Shown here piece after piece: positions 17,246 through 25,600 of a DNA stretch of 29,658 bases. The notes under the pieces were generated by a model. That model had not been told where the DNA came from. It saw only the letters and a program-made list of their open reading frames with translations, and ran no database searches. The DNA is from a virus (Duplodnaviria; Caudoviricetes). The DNA lies in IMG/VR virus record IMGVR_UViG_3300043391_000491, positions 1 to 29,658 of that record; one strand, 5' to 3'. Position 1 is the stretch's first letter. Every line of letters begins with the position of its first letter. The position numbers and the translations under genes were made by a program.

Positions 17246-18874
17246 TTACTCACCTTTTCTGACTACTGGATGCCACGTTTCTCCATACTCATCTTTAAAG
17301 GGCTTATCTTCTTCTGGCGTACCGTCATCTATAAAACCAAAGGGAGCCATATCCTGTTCTATTATATTGGCCTGATCCTCATATAGTTTAGAACGTACAT
17401 CAGAATTACTTAATTCTTTGAAATAAGGTTGATTAGATAACCAACCAAATATAATAAGACAAGTCATTAAATCGTCATTACAACCTTCTTCTGCTTTCCA
17501 AGAATTGTGTTGACGTGAAAAAGTAGACATTTCTTCTATGATATTAAAATCATTTATAACTATTTTATCTGCTTCAATAATAGTCTTTAAATTAGAACAA
17601 CCTATTTTTTTAATTTGTTTAGTCATACGAATACCTAACTGACTGCCTCTACCACTGAAGGCCGTACCTAATACTTGGCCAGCTCTACCTCTTTGTGTAG
17701 TCATCAATAGATTGTCATACTCTAAATCAAATTGTAATGCATCTGATATTTGGCCACCTATATCATTTACTTCAATCAATGTATGAGCGTGATTATAACC
17801 TTTTATAGTTTGTTCGATTACATTCGGAAAAACTAAAGGTTTAATTTCGTTGTTACGGTATTTGGCCACAACACGATAAGGCATTTGTGTTACATCAAAT
17901 ACAATAAAGGCCGAATAATCTTTTGCAAGACCTCTTGACACGTCAACAGTACAAACATATATTTTTTCTTTATTAGGTTTTTCAAATATATCTAAACCGC
18001 CTTGTGACTGTAAAGGTTTAATATAAGGTGTAGATTTAATTTTTGTAGGACTAATAAGAGTATCTATTGAACCTAAAAATTCACACTCAAACTCCTGTTG
18101 GAATTGTTCAGGACTTGTATTTCGTATTGTTTCTTGTTTCCACTTTTCATCTCGGCCTGGAACTTCTGACCAATGCACTTCAACAGGAACATAATCGTTT
18201 TGTTTATTCACGGCATCTGTCCATAACTTATAATACATATTCATACCGTGAGGTGTAGAAACAATAATCATCTTTGTACTTTTACCAGAAGAAATTGTAG
18301 GAAAAACTGAACTAAAAAATTGTTCTGCAATAGTGGCTGGTACGAAAGCAAACTCGTCTAAGAAGATTATATTATAAGAACCTCCTCGTATTGCACTTGA
18401 AGAAGTTGCAGCGGCCACGACTTTACTACCATTCTCTAATTCTATATTACCTTTGTTCCAGTTTAATACACCTTGTTGTAAAAACTTTGGTATATTCTCA
18501 TAGGCCAATTGTAAACGGCCTAATATATCTCTTGCTGTAGATGATTTGTTTGCAAGTATGGCAACGTTAGTATTTGGATTAAACAGAACATAATGTAATA
18601 GATATGAAACAATTGTTGTTGATTTGCCTGACTGTCTTGGTAATTTACATATAGTAAAACGGTTGTTATGCATAGTGCCAACCATTTCTTTTTGAAAGTT
18701 ATACATTTTGAAAGGCACTAAACCTAAATCAAGTGAAACTATCTTTACATAGTTTTGTATAAAATACAAAGGGTCTTTAGAACATTTTTCAAATTCTAAA
18801 ATTTGTTCTTGTGTAAACTCTACAGGTACGTTTACTTTTTTAAGATTCGGATTACCTAGATAAACTTCACTCAT
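17246..18874 (-). CDS. gp17: terminase large subunit (T4 gp17)
   Basis: YLGNPNLKK, PRQSGKST, IIFLDEFAF, STPHG, DVSRG..DYS, DDLMTCL. Confidence 0.99.
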   Translation of the reverse strand: MSEVYLGNPNLKKVNVPVEFTQEQILEFEKCSKDPLYFIQNYVKIVSLDLGLVPFKMYNFQKEMVGTMHNNRFTICKLPRQSGKSTTIVSYLLHYVLFNPNTNVAILANKSSTARDILGRLQLAYENIPKFLQQGVLNWNKGNIELENGSKVVAAATSSSAIRGGSYNIIFLDEFAFVPATIAEQFFSSVFPTISSGKSTKMIIVSTPHGMNMYYKLWTDAVNKQNDYVPVEVHWSEVPGRDEKWKQETIRNTSPEQFQQEFECEFLGSIDTLISPTKIKSTPYIKPLQSQGGLDIFEKPNKEKIYVCTVDVSRGLAKDYSAFIVFDVTQMPYRVVAKYRNNEIKPLVFPNVIEQTIKGYNHAHTLIEVNDIGGQISDALQFDLEYDNLLMTTQRGRAGQVLGTAFSGRGSQLGIRMTKQIKKIGCSNLKTIIEADKIVINDFNIIEEMSTFSRQHNSWKAEEGCNDDLMTCLIIFGWLSNQPYFKELSNSDVRSKLYEDQANIIEQDMAPFGFIDDGTPEEDKPFKDEYGETWHPVVRKGE

Positions 18875-19154
18875 TAATTATAATTCCTTCAATATGTGTA
18901 TACCCTAATTGTATTGCGGCCTGTATTCGTTGACTGCCTTTCCACACACTATACTTCTTTTCAACAAAATTAACACCATTCGCACCTAATCTTAAATTTT
19001 TAGATTGTTCGTGTTTCATAATCTCAATAGGTTCTATCATATCTTCACCATTTAATAACTCTTTTAAAGGAGTCATTCTATCTATATAAGTTAAATCACT
19101 TATTCGAAATATCTGTTTCTTCGGATTTAATGATTGTGCTTTTAATATTTTCAT
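18867..19154 (-). CDS. small ParB/Sulfiredoxin-like domain protein
   Basis: 95 aa; MIEPI...YSVWKGSQRIQAAIQLGYTHIEGII resembles the ParB/Srx G-x-x-R-x-x-A-x-x-x-L-G motif; fills the gp16-gp17 gap. Confidence 0.5.
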   Translation of the reverse strand: MKILKAQSLNPKKQIFRISDLTYIDRMTPLKELLNGEDMIEPIEIMKHEQSKNLRLGANGVNFVEKKYSVWKGSQRIQAAIQLGYTHIEGIIINE

Positions 19155-19572
19155 TTTCTCTTTTCAACATTTTTTGTAATTCAGCCGTAGAACCTACAAA
19201 CAAAGCATTTTTAATATTTTGATTTGCAGTTTTAGGTAAGTCTTTTAAATCTTTTAATTTCTTTTGTAAATCTTGTAACTTATCAACTGTTTGTGCAACG
19301 TTGGTAATTAATTGGCCTGCTACTTCGTATGCTCTTGGATGTTGGCCTTCTTTTGCAATTTCTAATATACCTTCAATTGCTTCTTGGCCTTTTTGTATAA
19401 GGTCATAATAATTATCTCTACTATATTTGTAGTCGTTGTCTACATCAGATTTATTTGTATCTTCTATTCTAGGAACAGGAGGATTATTTACCTTAACTAT
19501 AGATTCTAGTGTAGGTTTATTATCAGGTTCTATGCCAAGTATCTCGTTTACTTTATCTTCTAGTTTTGTCAT
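19096..19572 (-). CDS. gp16: terminase small subunit (T4 gp16)
   Basis: DYKYSRDNYY, HPRAYEVAGQLI, NALFVGSTAELQKML. Confidence 0.95.
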   Translation of the reverse strand: MTKLEDKVNEILGIEPDNKPTLESIVKVNNPPVPRIEDTNKSDVDNDYKYSRDNYYDLIQKGQEAIEGILEIAKEGQHPRAYEVAGQLITNVAQTVDKLQDLQKKLKDLKDLPKTANQNIKNALFVGSTAELQKMLKRENENIKSTIIKSEETDISNK

Positions 19573-19574
19573 AA

Positions 19575-20381
19575 TTAAACATCAGTATCAGTCGTAGGGT
19601 TATATTTCTTACTATCAGTGTAAGAAGTAATTGTTGTTGTAAATCCAAAATCATCATCTGCATCCGCCGTTGTTGGGTCTGGTACGACCACAATTCTTTC
19701 TTCTCTTTTTGCCGTTGTTGTGTCTGTATCAGTGTAAATATCTGACTGCACAGTTTTAATAACACCTTGATTGGACATAGGCCCAAACAAATATGTTTTG
19801 GCAGTAAAGTTTAAGGTATATATAACGGCCCTACGAGTCGTAAAATCGCCACTATAACTATCTTCATAAGATACACTATTTAAAATTATAGGTATATCTC
19901 TTTTTATATTCATCTCTGGCAAAACGTTTACTGTAATCGTATAATCAGGTTGAAAGAAAGGTAATATCTGTTCTATAATTTGTAGACCATTTTCAGCTGT
20001 AGCTGTAAATGCATATAGATTTAAACTTATATTATAAGGTACAGGAACATAATTAAAATTATGAACTTCTCCTGATTCACCAGCTTTAACTTTTTTAAAT
20101 TTTTGAACTCTTGTTAATTTTCTTGTAGCGTCATATGCTAAACCAGAAATTTCAAATCCTAATCTAGGCAATGTAATCGCAAAACTACGATCATCTAAAT
20201 CTGGTTTTTGGTCAAGTCTAACTAAGAATTTTTCTTTTGGTGCATAGGCTAAAGGTACCTTTAATCTTTTAGTTACGGCACCTGTGCTTGAAGTTGATTG
20301 AATAACAATGTTATTAAATAATTGACCAAATGCAATTATTATCTTTCTCATTCCTTCGTTGTAAAAAAAATTACCAAACAT
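19575..20381 (-). CDS. gp15: tail sheath stabilizer/terminator (T4 gp15)
   Basis: FGQLFNNI, KVPLAYAPKEKFL, ITLPR, QIIEQILPFFQP. Confidence 0.97.
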   Translation of the reverse strand: MFGNFFYNEGMRKIIIAFGQLFNNIVIQSTSSTGAVTKRLKVPLAYAPKEKFLVRLDQKPDLDDRSFAITLPRLGFEISGLAYDATRKLTRVQKFKKVKAGESGEVHNFNYVPVPYNISLNLYAFTATAENGLQIIEQILPFFQPDYTITVNVLPEMNIKRDIPIILNSVSYEDSYSGDFTTRRAVIYTLNFTAKTYLFGPMSNQGVIKTVQSDIYTDTDTTTAKREERIVVVPDPTTADADDDFGFTTTITSYTDSKKYNPTTDTDV

Positions 20382-21172
20382 TAGTCAATTTCTCCAAATG
20401 GGTTTCTTTCTGTAAAGTCTAATATATCATCAGTTACAGATTGAGTATCAAAGCCAGCTTCTGTATCTAAATCTAAATTATCCGCATAAGTAGATTGAGT
20501 GGCTACTGTTGTAGTTATTACTTCTTCGTTGAGTAAGAAATTTGCTTGACCTGATGACTGATCTTCTTCTAATTGTAAAGAACCAATTTCATTCTCTAAA
20601 GTAAATCTATTTAATAAAAGGTTTAAAGAGTAATCAGTTTCTTTAGCATCTATTTCAGCAATACCTGTATTTAATTCTTCTGAACTATACTCCCAACGTG
20701 TTACTCTTAATTTATAAACTGGTAGATTGCCTAATTGAAAAAATGGTTCTTGGTCCTCTACAAATTGTATTTCAAAAAAACTATTCATTAAAGGAAAATA
20801 TATAATATCTCCTTCATTAGGACGGCCTTCTACAATCTGTGTCATTGGATTATCCACTTGACTTTGCCAACTTCTTTTCGCAATAACAAACGTTGTATCT
20901 TCTCTTATTTCTAATCCAAACTTATTAATTAATTCTCTTTGACCTGCAAATCCTTCAGACGTTTCAAAATACATTTCAATTAAATAACTATCATCAAACT
21001 TACTAGATGTATCTTCGCCTAATATTAAATCTCTATTAACTAATGTTCTTGGTAAATAATAGACATCGTGGCCATATATCTTTAAGCCTTCTACAATTAA
21101 ATCTTCGTAAAGTGTTTTTTCAGCTTGATTGCCAATACCTTGGCCGCCTTGAAAATAATGATTTACTGGCAT
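20381..21172 (-). CDS. gp14: neck protein (T4 gp14)
   Basis: YGHDVYYLPR, KFGLEIRE, RPNEGDIIYFP, PFFQLG, DFTERNPFG. Confidence 0.97.
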   Translation of the reverse strand: MPVNHYFQGGQGIGNQAEKTLYEDLIVEGLKIYGHDVYYLPRTLVNRDLILGEDTSSKFDDSYLIEMYFETSEGFAGQRELINKFGLEIREDTTFVIAKRSWQSQVDNPMTQIVEGRPNEGDIIYFPLMNSFFEIQFVEDQEPFFQLGNLPVYKLRVTRWEYSSEELNTGIAEIDAKETDYSLNLLLNRFTLENEIGSLQLEEDQSSGQANFLLNEEVITTTVATQSTYADNLDLDTEAGFDTQSVTDDILDFTERNPFGEID

Positions 21173-21176
21173 AGTT

Positions 21177-21989
21177 TTAACCTACTAAAAATGCTGGTGC
21201 TATTTCAAAACTATCTCTTATTTCTTTTTCTAATTTTTCAATATCTGTTTGTGCGTCTGTAAAGATTTTCTCTCCATTTAACTTTACACCACCTATCATT
21301 GTAACTCCATCAAACTTACTTAAATTAGCACCCCATTGTTTTTTAAATAACGCTGTTGTATATCTTTTTAACCATTGGTCGTTAAATACGTCTGTATATG
21401 TTGCTGGATCTAATTTACGATAACAGTCAATAACTAAAAATTCTCCAACTTGTAAATCATTAACCCAATCCATATCAATATATAATCTATTATCGTGTTG
21501 TTGAAATCGTATAGGTTTTATACCTACTAATATTTGATCTAAGAAATCTAAATGTCTTAACACCATATCATAGTTAATAATTGATGTTGAACCAAAATCG
21601 TAAAGGTCATTTAAACGTAATTGGTATCTTACGTCAAACATATTCATACTAGCTTTATCTGAAAATGGAAATATATTCGTTACACCAATAACTGTTTCAG
21701 GAACTATTAAAAAATTGTTTCCTTCATACCAAGTAGATGAAACGGAATTCTTAGTGGCCGTTTCTGTTGAACCTAAAGACGCTTGTAATCTTTGTTTATC
21801 AGCATCCGTAACTTGATACTTTAAATATGTTCGTCTAATACCATCATAATGATATTGAGCATAGAATTGTAATGCTTCATCCAGTCTATCTTCTAACTGG
21901 TCGTCATCAGCGTTAATCTCTATAACTGGTTTTCCTAATGCTCTTAAAGCATATTGCTTAAGTGTTTCTCTAGTAGATGGAGTTGCCAT
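21177..21989 (-). CDS. gp13: neck protein (T4 gp13)
   Basis: LRALGKPVIEIN, YHYDG, KQWGANLSKFDGV. Confidence 0.97.
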   Translation of the reverse strand: MATPSTRETLKQYALRALGKPVIEINADDDQLEDRLDEALQFYAQYHYDGIRRTYLKYQVTDADKQRLQASLGSTETATKNSVSSTWYEGNNFLIVPETVIGVTNIFPFSDKASMNMFDVRYQLRLNDLYDFGSTSIINYDMVLRHLDFLDQILVGIKPIRFQQHDNRLYIDMDWVNDLQVGEFLVIDCYRKLDPATYTDVFNDQWLKRYTTALFKKQWGANLSKFDGVTMIGGVKLNGEKIFTDAQTDIEKLEKEIRDSFEIAPAFLVG

Positions 21990-21995
21990 ACTTAC

Positions 21996-22003
21996 TATTT
22001 ATA
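21996..22003 (-). promoter_or_regulatory. late promoter TATAAATA, 6 nt before gp13 ATG
   Basis: Exact consensus; no room for an SD. Confidence 0.85.
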
Positions 22004-22012
22004 ATAATAGAA

Positions 22013-23113
22013 TTAGAACTTATAACGAATAGTTGCTAATAACTGTGGGTTATAATCTTTATATACGCCTGTAAACACTGAAGTTTGTTCTTTATCGTGG
22101 TAATACAAACCAAACTCTAAACCAGCTCTTTTATCTGGTCGTTTGTGTTTATCATCTTCTGTATGTATATTATAAACAAGTCCATAATAGTTACCTGTAA
22201 ATCCTAGGTCATCATTTTCTGTTCTATGAACAGTACCATAAATTTTTTCATTAAAACTATACAACACACCATAGTCATATCTGTTCTTATCAGCAAAACC
22301 TGTATCTTTATCGTCCCAAACTTCTGCACCCCATATTAAAGGAATATCCCAACGATATAAACTGCCACCTAATGACCAGCCTTGTTGTGTTCTTTCATTA
22401 AAACTAGAAACACTTGTTGAACTTTTTGGATTTTTAATTTGCATATAAGATAAATCAGCATAACCAAAGAGTCCTACTGTTGCACTTGTGTATAAAGCAT
22501 CTCTTTCGTTATCCCAACCTACAACTAAACCTAGAGGTAAATCATTTCTTAATCTATAAGAATCAAAATCAAATTGGTCGTCCCAATTAAAACCTCCAAC
22601 AGCAAGAACTGTTTTCTCTCTATGATCTATCCTTGAATTTGTTTGTGTAATAATTAATGGTGCACCTATTTTTGGTGTCTTTGCAAAACCTAATCTTTGT
22701 GCATCTGTTTCACCAAGATATAATCTGTAATAGTCATTACCAAATCCCATTTGTTTTTCTTGTACCGTATTATTTAAAGTAGTATCAAGTGAATAATAAG
22801 TATCGTATAACATTGAAGCGCCAGTCCAATTTACATAATGATTATTAAACTTATGTGTAATGCCTATTTGCAATTCAGCTCTTGAGTCTAAACCACTATC
22901 GTAAGTACGGTCATCATAATAAGCTTCAACTTCACCTGTGATAAAAAGGCCCTTAGGTATTGATAGTTTGTTTGATTCTAATTGACTAATTCTTTTTTCT
23001 AATTCAGATATTTTCTTTTCATCTGCTTTTACAATTGAAGTTAAAAGTAAAGCAATTAAAAATATTATAATAACTGCAACATATTGTATTGTCAATTTCT
23101 TATCTAATTTCAT
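22013..23113 (-). CDS. predicted outer-membrane beta-barrel (porin-like) protein
   Basis: 366 aa; Sec signal (basic N-terminus, hydrophobic core, VKA|DE), short coiled coil KISELEKRISQLES, many Gly/aromatic alternating strands, no Cys, C-terminal LLATIRYKF beta-signal. Confidence 0.75.
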   Translation of the reverse strand: MKLDKKLTIQYVAVIIIFLIALLLTSIVKADEKKISELEKRISQLESNKLSIPKGLFITGEVEAYYDDRTYDSGLDSRAELQIGITHKFNNHYVNWTGASMLYDTYYSLDTTLNNTVQEKQMGFGNDYYRLYLGETDAQRLGFAKTPKIGAPLIITQTNSRIDHREKTVLAVGGFNWDDQFDFDSYRLRNDLPLGLVVGWDNERDALYTSATVGLFGYADLSYMQIKNPKSSTSVSSFNERTQQGWSLGGSLYRWDIPLIWGAEVWDDKDTGFADKNRYDYGVLYSFNEKIYGTVHRTENDDLGFTGNYYGLVYNIHTEDDKHKRPDKRAGLEFGLYYHDKEQTSVFTGVYKDYNPQLLATIRYKF

Positions 23114-23114
23114 A

Positions 23115-23798
23115 TTAAGTATTTATCTTTGGAAAAAGATGGTCTCTATTAAAGGCTATTACATCTTCTTCTTCTAAACCTAAAGATAACATAACTCTAG
23201 GTGTATGTGGGTTTTGTTGTTGATATTCACAGTAGTAATTCTGTGCCTTTATAACATCTTCTTGTTTCGAGTCATTTTTAAAGTTAACAATTTTATCTAA
23301 GTAGTTATGTAAATTACTTTCGGCCATTGTTGTGACTTGGAACAATTCTTCTTCTGTTTGTATATTACCAGCGGCAATCATACCACCACTAAAGATGGCC
23401 TTTGCCCAATCTGGTAACTCTCTCTCTTTACTCGGTTTATACCATTTTGTTTCATTGATAAACCAATTCGTTAGTGGGTGTTCTTTTTTAAGTAATGGTG
23501 AAAAATCGTGGAATGCACCTGTTACTTTATTCTTACCTGCAATTACATCAAATCCATATATTGGGCCACCATTTGTAAGACCAGGAAATAAACAAACGTG
23601 CATCATCCAAAGACCTTTTGTTTCTCTGGCATCAACCACGTCAACGTGTGCTCGTCTTATGTTATCATTTTTCCAGGTTCGGTTAACCCAACCTTCTTTA
23701 TTAAATCGTTTCATACCTTCTTCAAAGTATTCTACACAATTTAAATCTAATATGTCTATGATATTATTCTTGCACTGTATAAGATTTTCCCAAATCAT
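23115..23798 (-). CDS. pcyX: ferredoxin-dependent bilin reductase, PcyX type
   Basis: RRAHVD, WMMHVC.FP, PIYGFDVIAG, DFSP, RELPDWAKAIFS, QNYYC..QQQNPHT; catalytic His67/Asp84, Asp53 at the PcyA Glu76 position; directly follows heme oxygenase. Confidence 0.88.
   Translation of the reverse strand: MIWENLIQCKNNIIDILDLNCVEYFEEGMKRFNKEGWVNRTWKNDNIRRAHVDVVDARETKGLWMMHVCLFPGLTNGGPIYGFDVIAGKNKVTGAFHDFSPLLKKEHPLTNWFINETKWYKPSKERELPDWAKAIFSGGMIAAGNIQTEEELFQVTTMAESNLHNYLDKIVNFKNDSKQEDVIKAQNYYCEYQQQNPHTPRVMLSLGLEEEDVIAFNRDHLFPKINT
23120..23127 (-). promoter_or_regulatory. late promoter variant GATAAATA, 6 nt before the porin ATG
   Basis: 7/8 match embedded in the last codons of pcyX, same spacing as the gp13 promoter. 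Confidence 0.55.
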
Positions 23799-24342
23799 TC
23801 ATCTCCTTAAATAATTCTGTAGCATATTCAAAACATAATTTAGCTTCAGCAACCACGTTTACTTGATAGGTGTTCATATAGTTATTAATAATTTCTCTTA
23901 CGACTCTTTTTGTTTCTTCTGGTTTTAAAAACACAAGATATGTATTAGGGCCAGGAGTTTTTCTTTTTATCATTTGTCCACCATATAAATCTCCCATATG
24001 TCTTACATAGATATGTGCATATAATTTCTCTGGATCACTTTTAATTGTATCTAAGTGATAAACGTATCTTAATGTACTATCTGTGATGTAAGGTTTTTCT
24101 GTTTTGTTCCACAATGAACGAACATCGTGGTCTATTTTTTGAGCTCTGTCAAGGCCAGGTGTTTGTCTAAACAGGCCGTTTTCAAAAGCGTACTTTTCTA
24201 GTGTTGAATAACACTGCAATAGATTAAACAAATATGTGGCATAAAGGTCTGGTGTTATTTGACCAGACATAAGAGTTTGAACAAAAGGTTGAGATTCTGC
24301 TTTTTTATGTTCTTCTAAAGTAAACTCTTTTATATCATTCAT
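23764..24342 (-). CDS. hemO: heme oxygenase (biliverdin-forming)
   Basis: Proximal His in TLEEHKKAESQPF; distal helix AHIYVRHMGDLYGGQ; EAKLCFEY. Confidence 0.95.
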   Translation of the reverse strand: MNDIKEFTLEEHKKAESQPFVQTLMSGQITPDLYATYLFNLLQCYSTLEKYAFENGLFRQTPGLDRAQKIDHDVRSLWNKTEKPYITDSTLRYVYHLDTIKSDPEKLYAHIYVRHMGDLYGGQMIKRKTPGPNTYLVFLKPEETKRVVREIINNYMNTYQVNVVAEAKLCFEYATELFKEMNDLGKSYTVQE

Positions 24343-24360
24343 AATTATGATCTATATATT

Positions 24361-25173
24361 TTACCAACCATATTTTTTCCAAAATTCTCTTATTTGAGGA
24401 TAATTTACATTAAAACTTTGACTTAAAAGTTTTCTTGTAATCGTTTGTTCTTTTTGAAATTTTTTATCGTTTGCTTCTTCAATAATTTTGAAATCAGGTT
24501 CTTCTTTTGGTATTAATATGAATTGAGCTACAGGTGTGCCAGCGGTAATCGTATGGTGTCCTTCTAAACTATGCCAAAATATAGGAACAGTACCTATATC
24601 GGCAATACCTAATTGTGATTCATAAATGCCACTACAAACAGTAAATCTCCAATCATCTAAAAACATAGGATGTAAAAGTAAAAGTTTATAACCTTTTGGT
24701 ATTCTTGCTGCCCAAGGTAAATGAAATTTAACAATTTTTTTCATTGTATTTTTAGGCCAGTTTTCAAAAAACGGATAAAAAGAATGTTTAAGATGAAAAG
24801 AAACTGGTCTTTTTTTAATTTCTTTATCAGCAGATACAAAGTCCCAGTATTCGCCTTGTGTAACAACTTCGAATTTAATATCTGTTGGTAATCGCATAAT
24901 CCAACCTGTATTATGCCAAAGTTGCATAGCAGGACATTTTACAGTGTGCCTGTTATCTTCTTTTTTAAAATTATTATTTGATACAGCTCTAAATGCCTCT
25001 TCGCTATCATCATTTGGAAGGTCTTTTGATAGTGACCCGTTACTTTTAAAATCAGCTGCAGCTTTTTTTATCCAAGAATGTTTATATTCAGATGATCTTA
25101 TAATAGGCATTGTTGATTCAACACCTGGTTCTGTACAAATAAATTCTATATTTGGATTGTTTGTTTTTTCCAT
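24361..25173 (-). CDS. conserved phage hypothetical protein, possible dUTPase-like beta fold
   Basis: TVKCPAM...TGWIMRLPTD, PW..RIPKGY.LL..HP, ITAGTPVAQFILIP. Start reassigned from GTG 25188 to ATG 25173 because the GTG overlaps the -10 region. Confidence 0.6.
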   Translation of the reverse strand: MEKTNNPNIEFICTEPGVESTMPIIRSSEYKHSWIKKAAADFKSNGSLSKDLPNDDSEEAFRAVSNNNFKKEDNRHTVKCPAMQLWHNTGWIMRLPTDIKFEVVTQGEYWDFVSADKEIKKRPVSFHLKHSFYPFFENWPKNTMKKIVKFHLPWAARIPKGYKLLLLHPMFLDDWRFTVCSGIYESQLGIADIGTVPIFWHSLEGHHTITAGTPVAQFILIPKEEPDFKIIEEANDKKFQKEQTITRKLLSQSFNVNYPQIREFWKKYGW

Positions 25174-25179
25174 TATATA

Positions 25180-25208
25180 ATCATACACTATATACTACTT
25201 ATTGTCAA
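25180..25208 (-). promoter_or_regulatory. sigma70-type promoter, leaderless, heading the hypothetical-hemO-pcyX operon
   Basis: TTGACA(25208-25203)-17 nt-TATGAT(25185-25180)-6 nt-ATG(25173). Confidence 0.8.
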
Positions 25209-25248
25209 TACAATAATTCTTTTTTAATAATATAAGAAAGAAGTTACT

Positions 25249-25581
25249 TTAACTTTTGCTTGCTAATAACTGTTTTCTTAATTCTCTTGCTCTTGCATCA
25301 TTTTTTTCATTGTTTTTCATAGCCAATTGTTGAGCTGAATTTAGAGTTGCTTGTAAAGCTCTTGCTTCGTCATTTTTTTGTGTTATAGCTTGTGCTTCAG
25401 TTTTTTCAACGCCGCCATAAACAGTAACTTCTTTTGTTACTAAATTCAAACTTAATCTCCAACTTGAAACATCAGGAGTTTCAGCTTTAAAAGCTCTTCC
25501 TGAACTTAATGCTTGTTCTCCAGCTACTGCATCTTCTGTAAGAACTAGTCCGTCGTGTGTACCAAAATAAACTGTTTTCAT
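25249..25581 (-). CDS. small partner protein, cassette copy 2 (possible fibre/adhesin chaperone)
   Basis: 110 aa; YFGTHDG...WRL...VYGGVEKTEAQA + coiled coil; paralog of 27107-27445; TAAGGA SD. Confidence 0.6.
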   Translation of the reverse strand: MKTVYFGTHDGLVLTEDAVAGEQALSSGRAFKAETPDVSSWRLSLNLVTKEVTVYGGVEKTEAQAITQKNDEARALQATLNSAQQLAMKNNEKNDARARELRKQLLASKS

Positions 25582-25600
25582 AATTTTTTATCCTTATCTT

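Noticed and set aside
19553-19786. 77-aa minus-strand ORF inside gp15
   Set aside because: Alternate-frame overlap lying almost wholly within gp15 and running into gp16; no recognisable motif.
23115-24342. Calling the phage a cyanophage because of bilin genes (ho1/pcyA/pebS)
   Set aside because: Reductase residues are PcyX-like, and no photosynthesis genes occur in the window; the host remains undetermined.
25174-25188. GTG start at 25188 for the 275-aa ORF
   Set aside because: It overlaps the -10 region of the promoter; ATG at 25173 fits the shared leaderless geometry.
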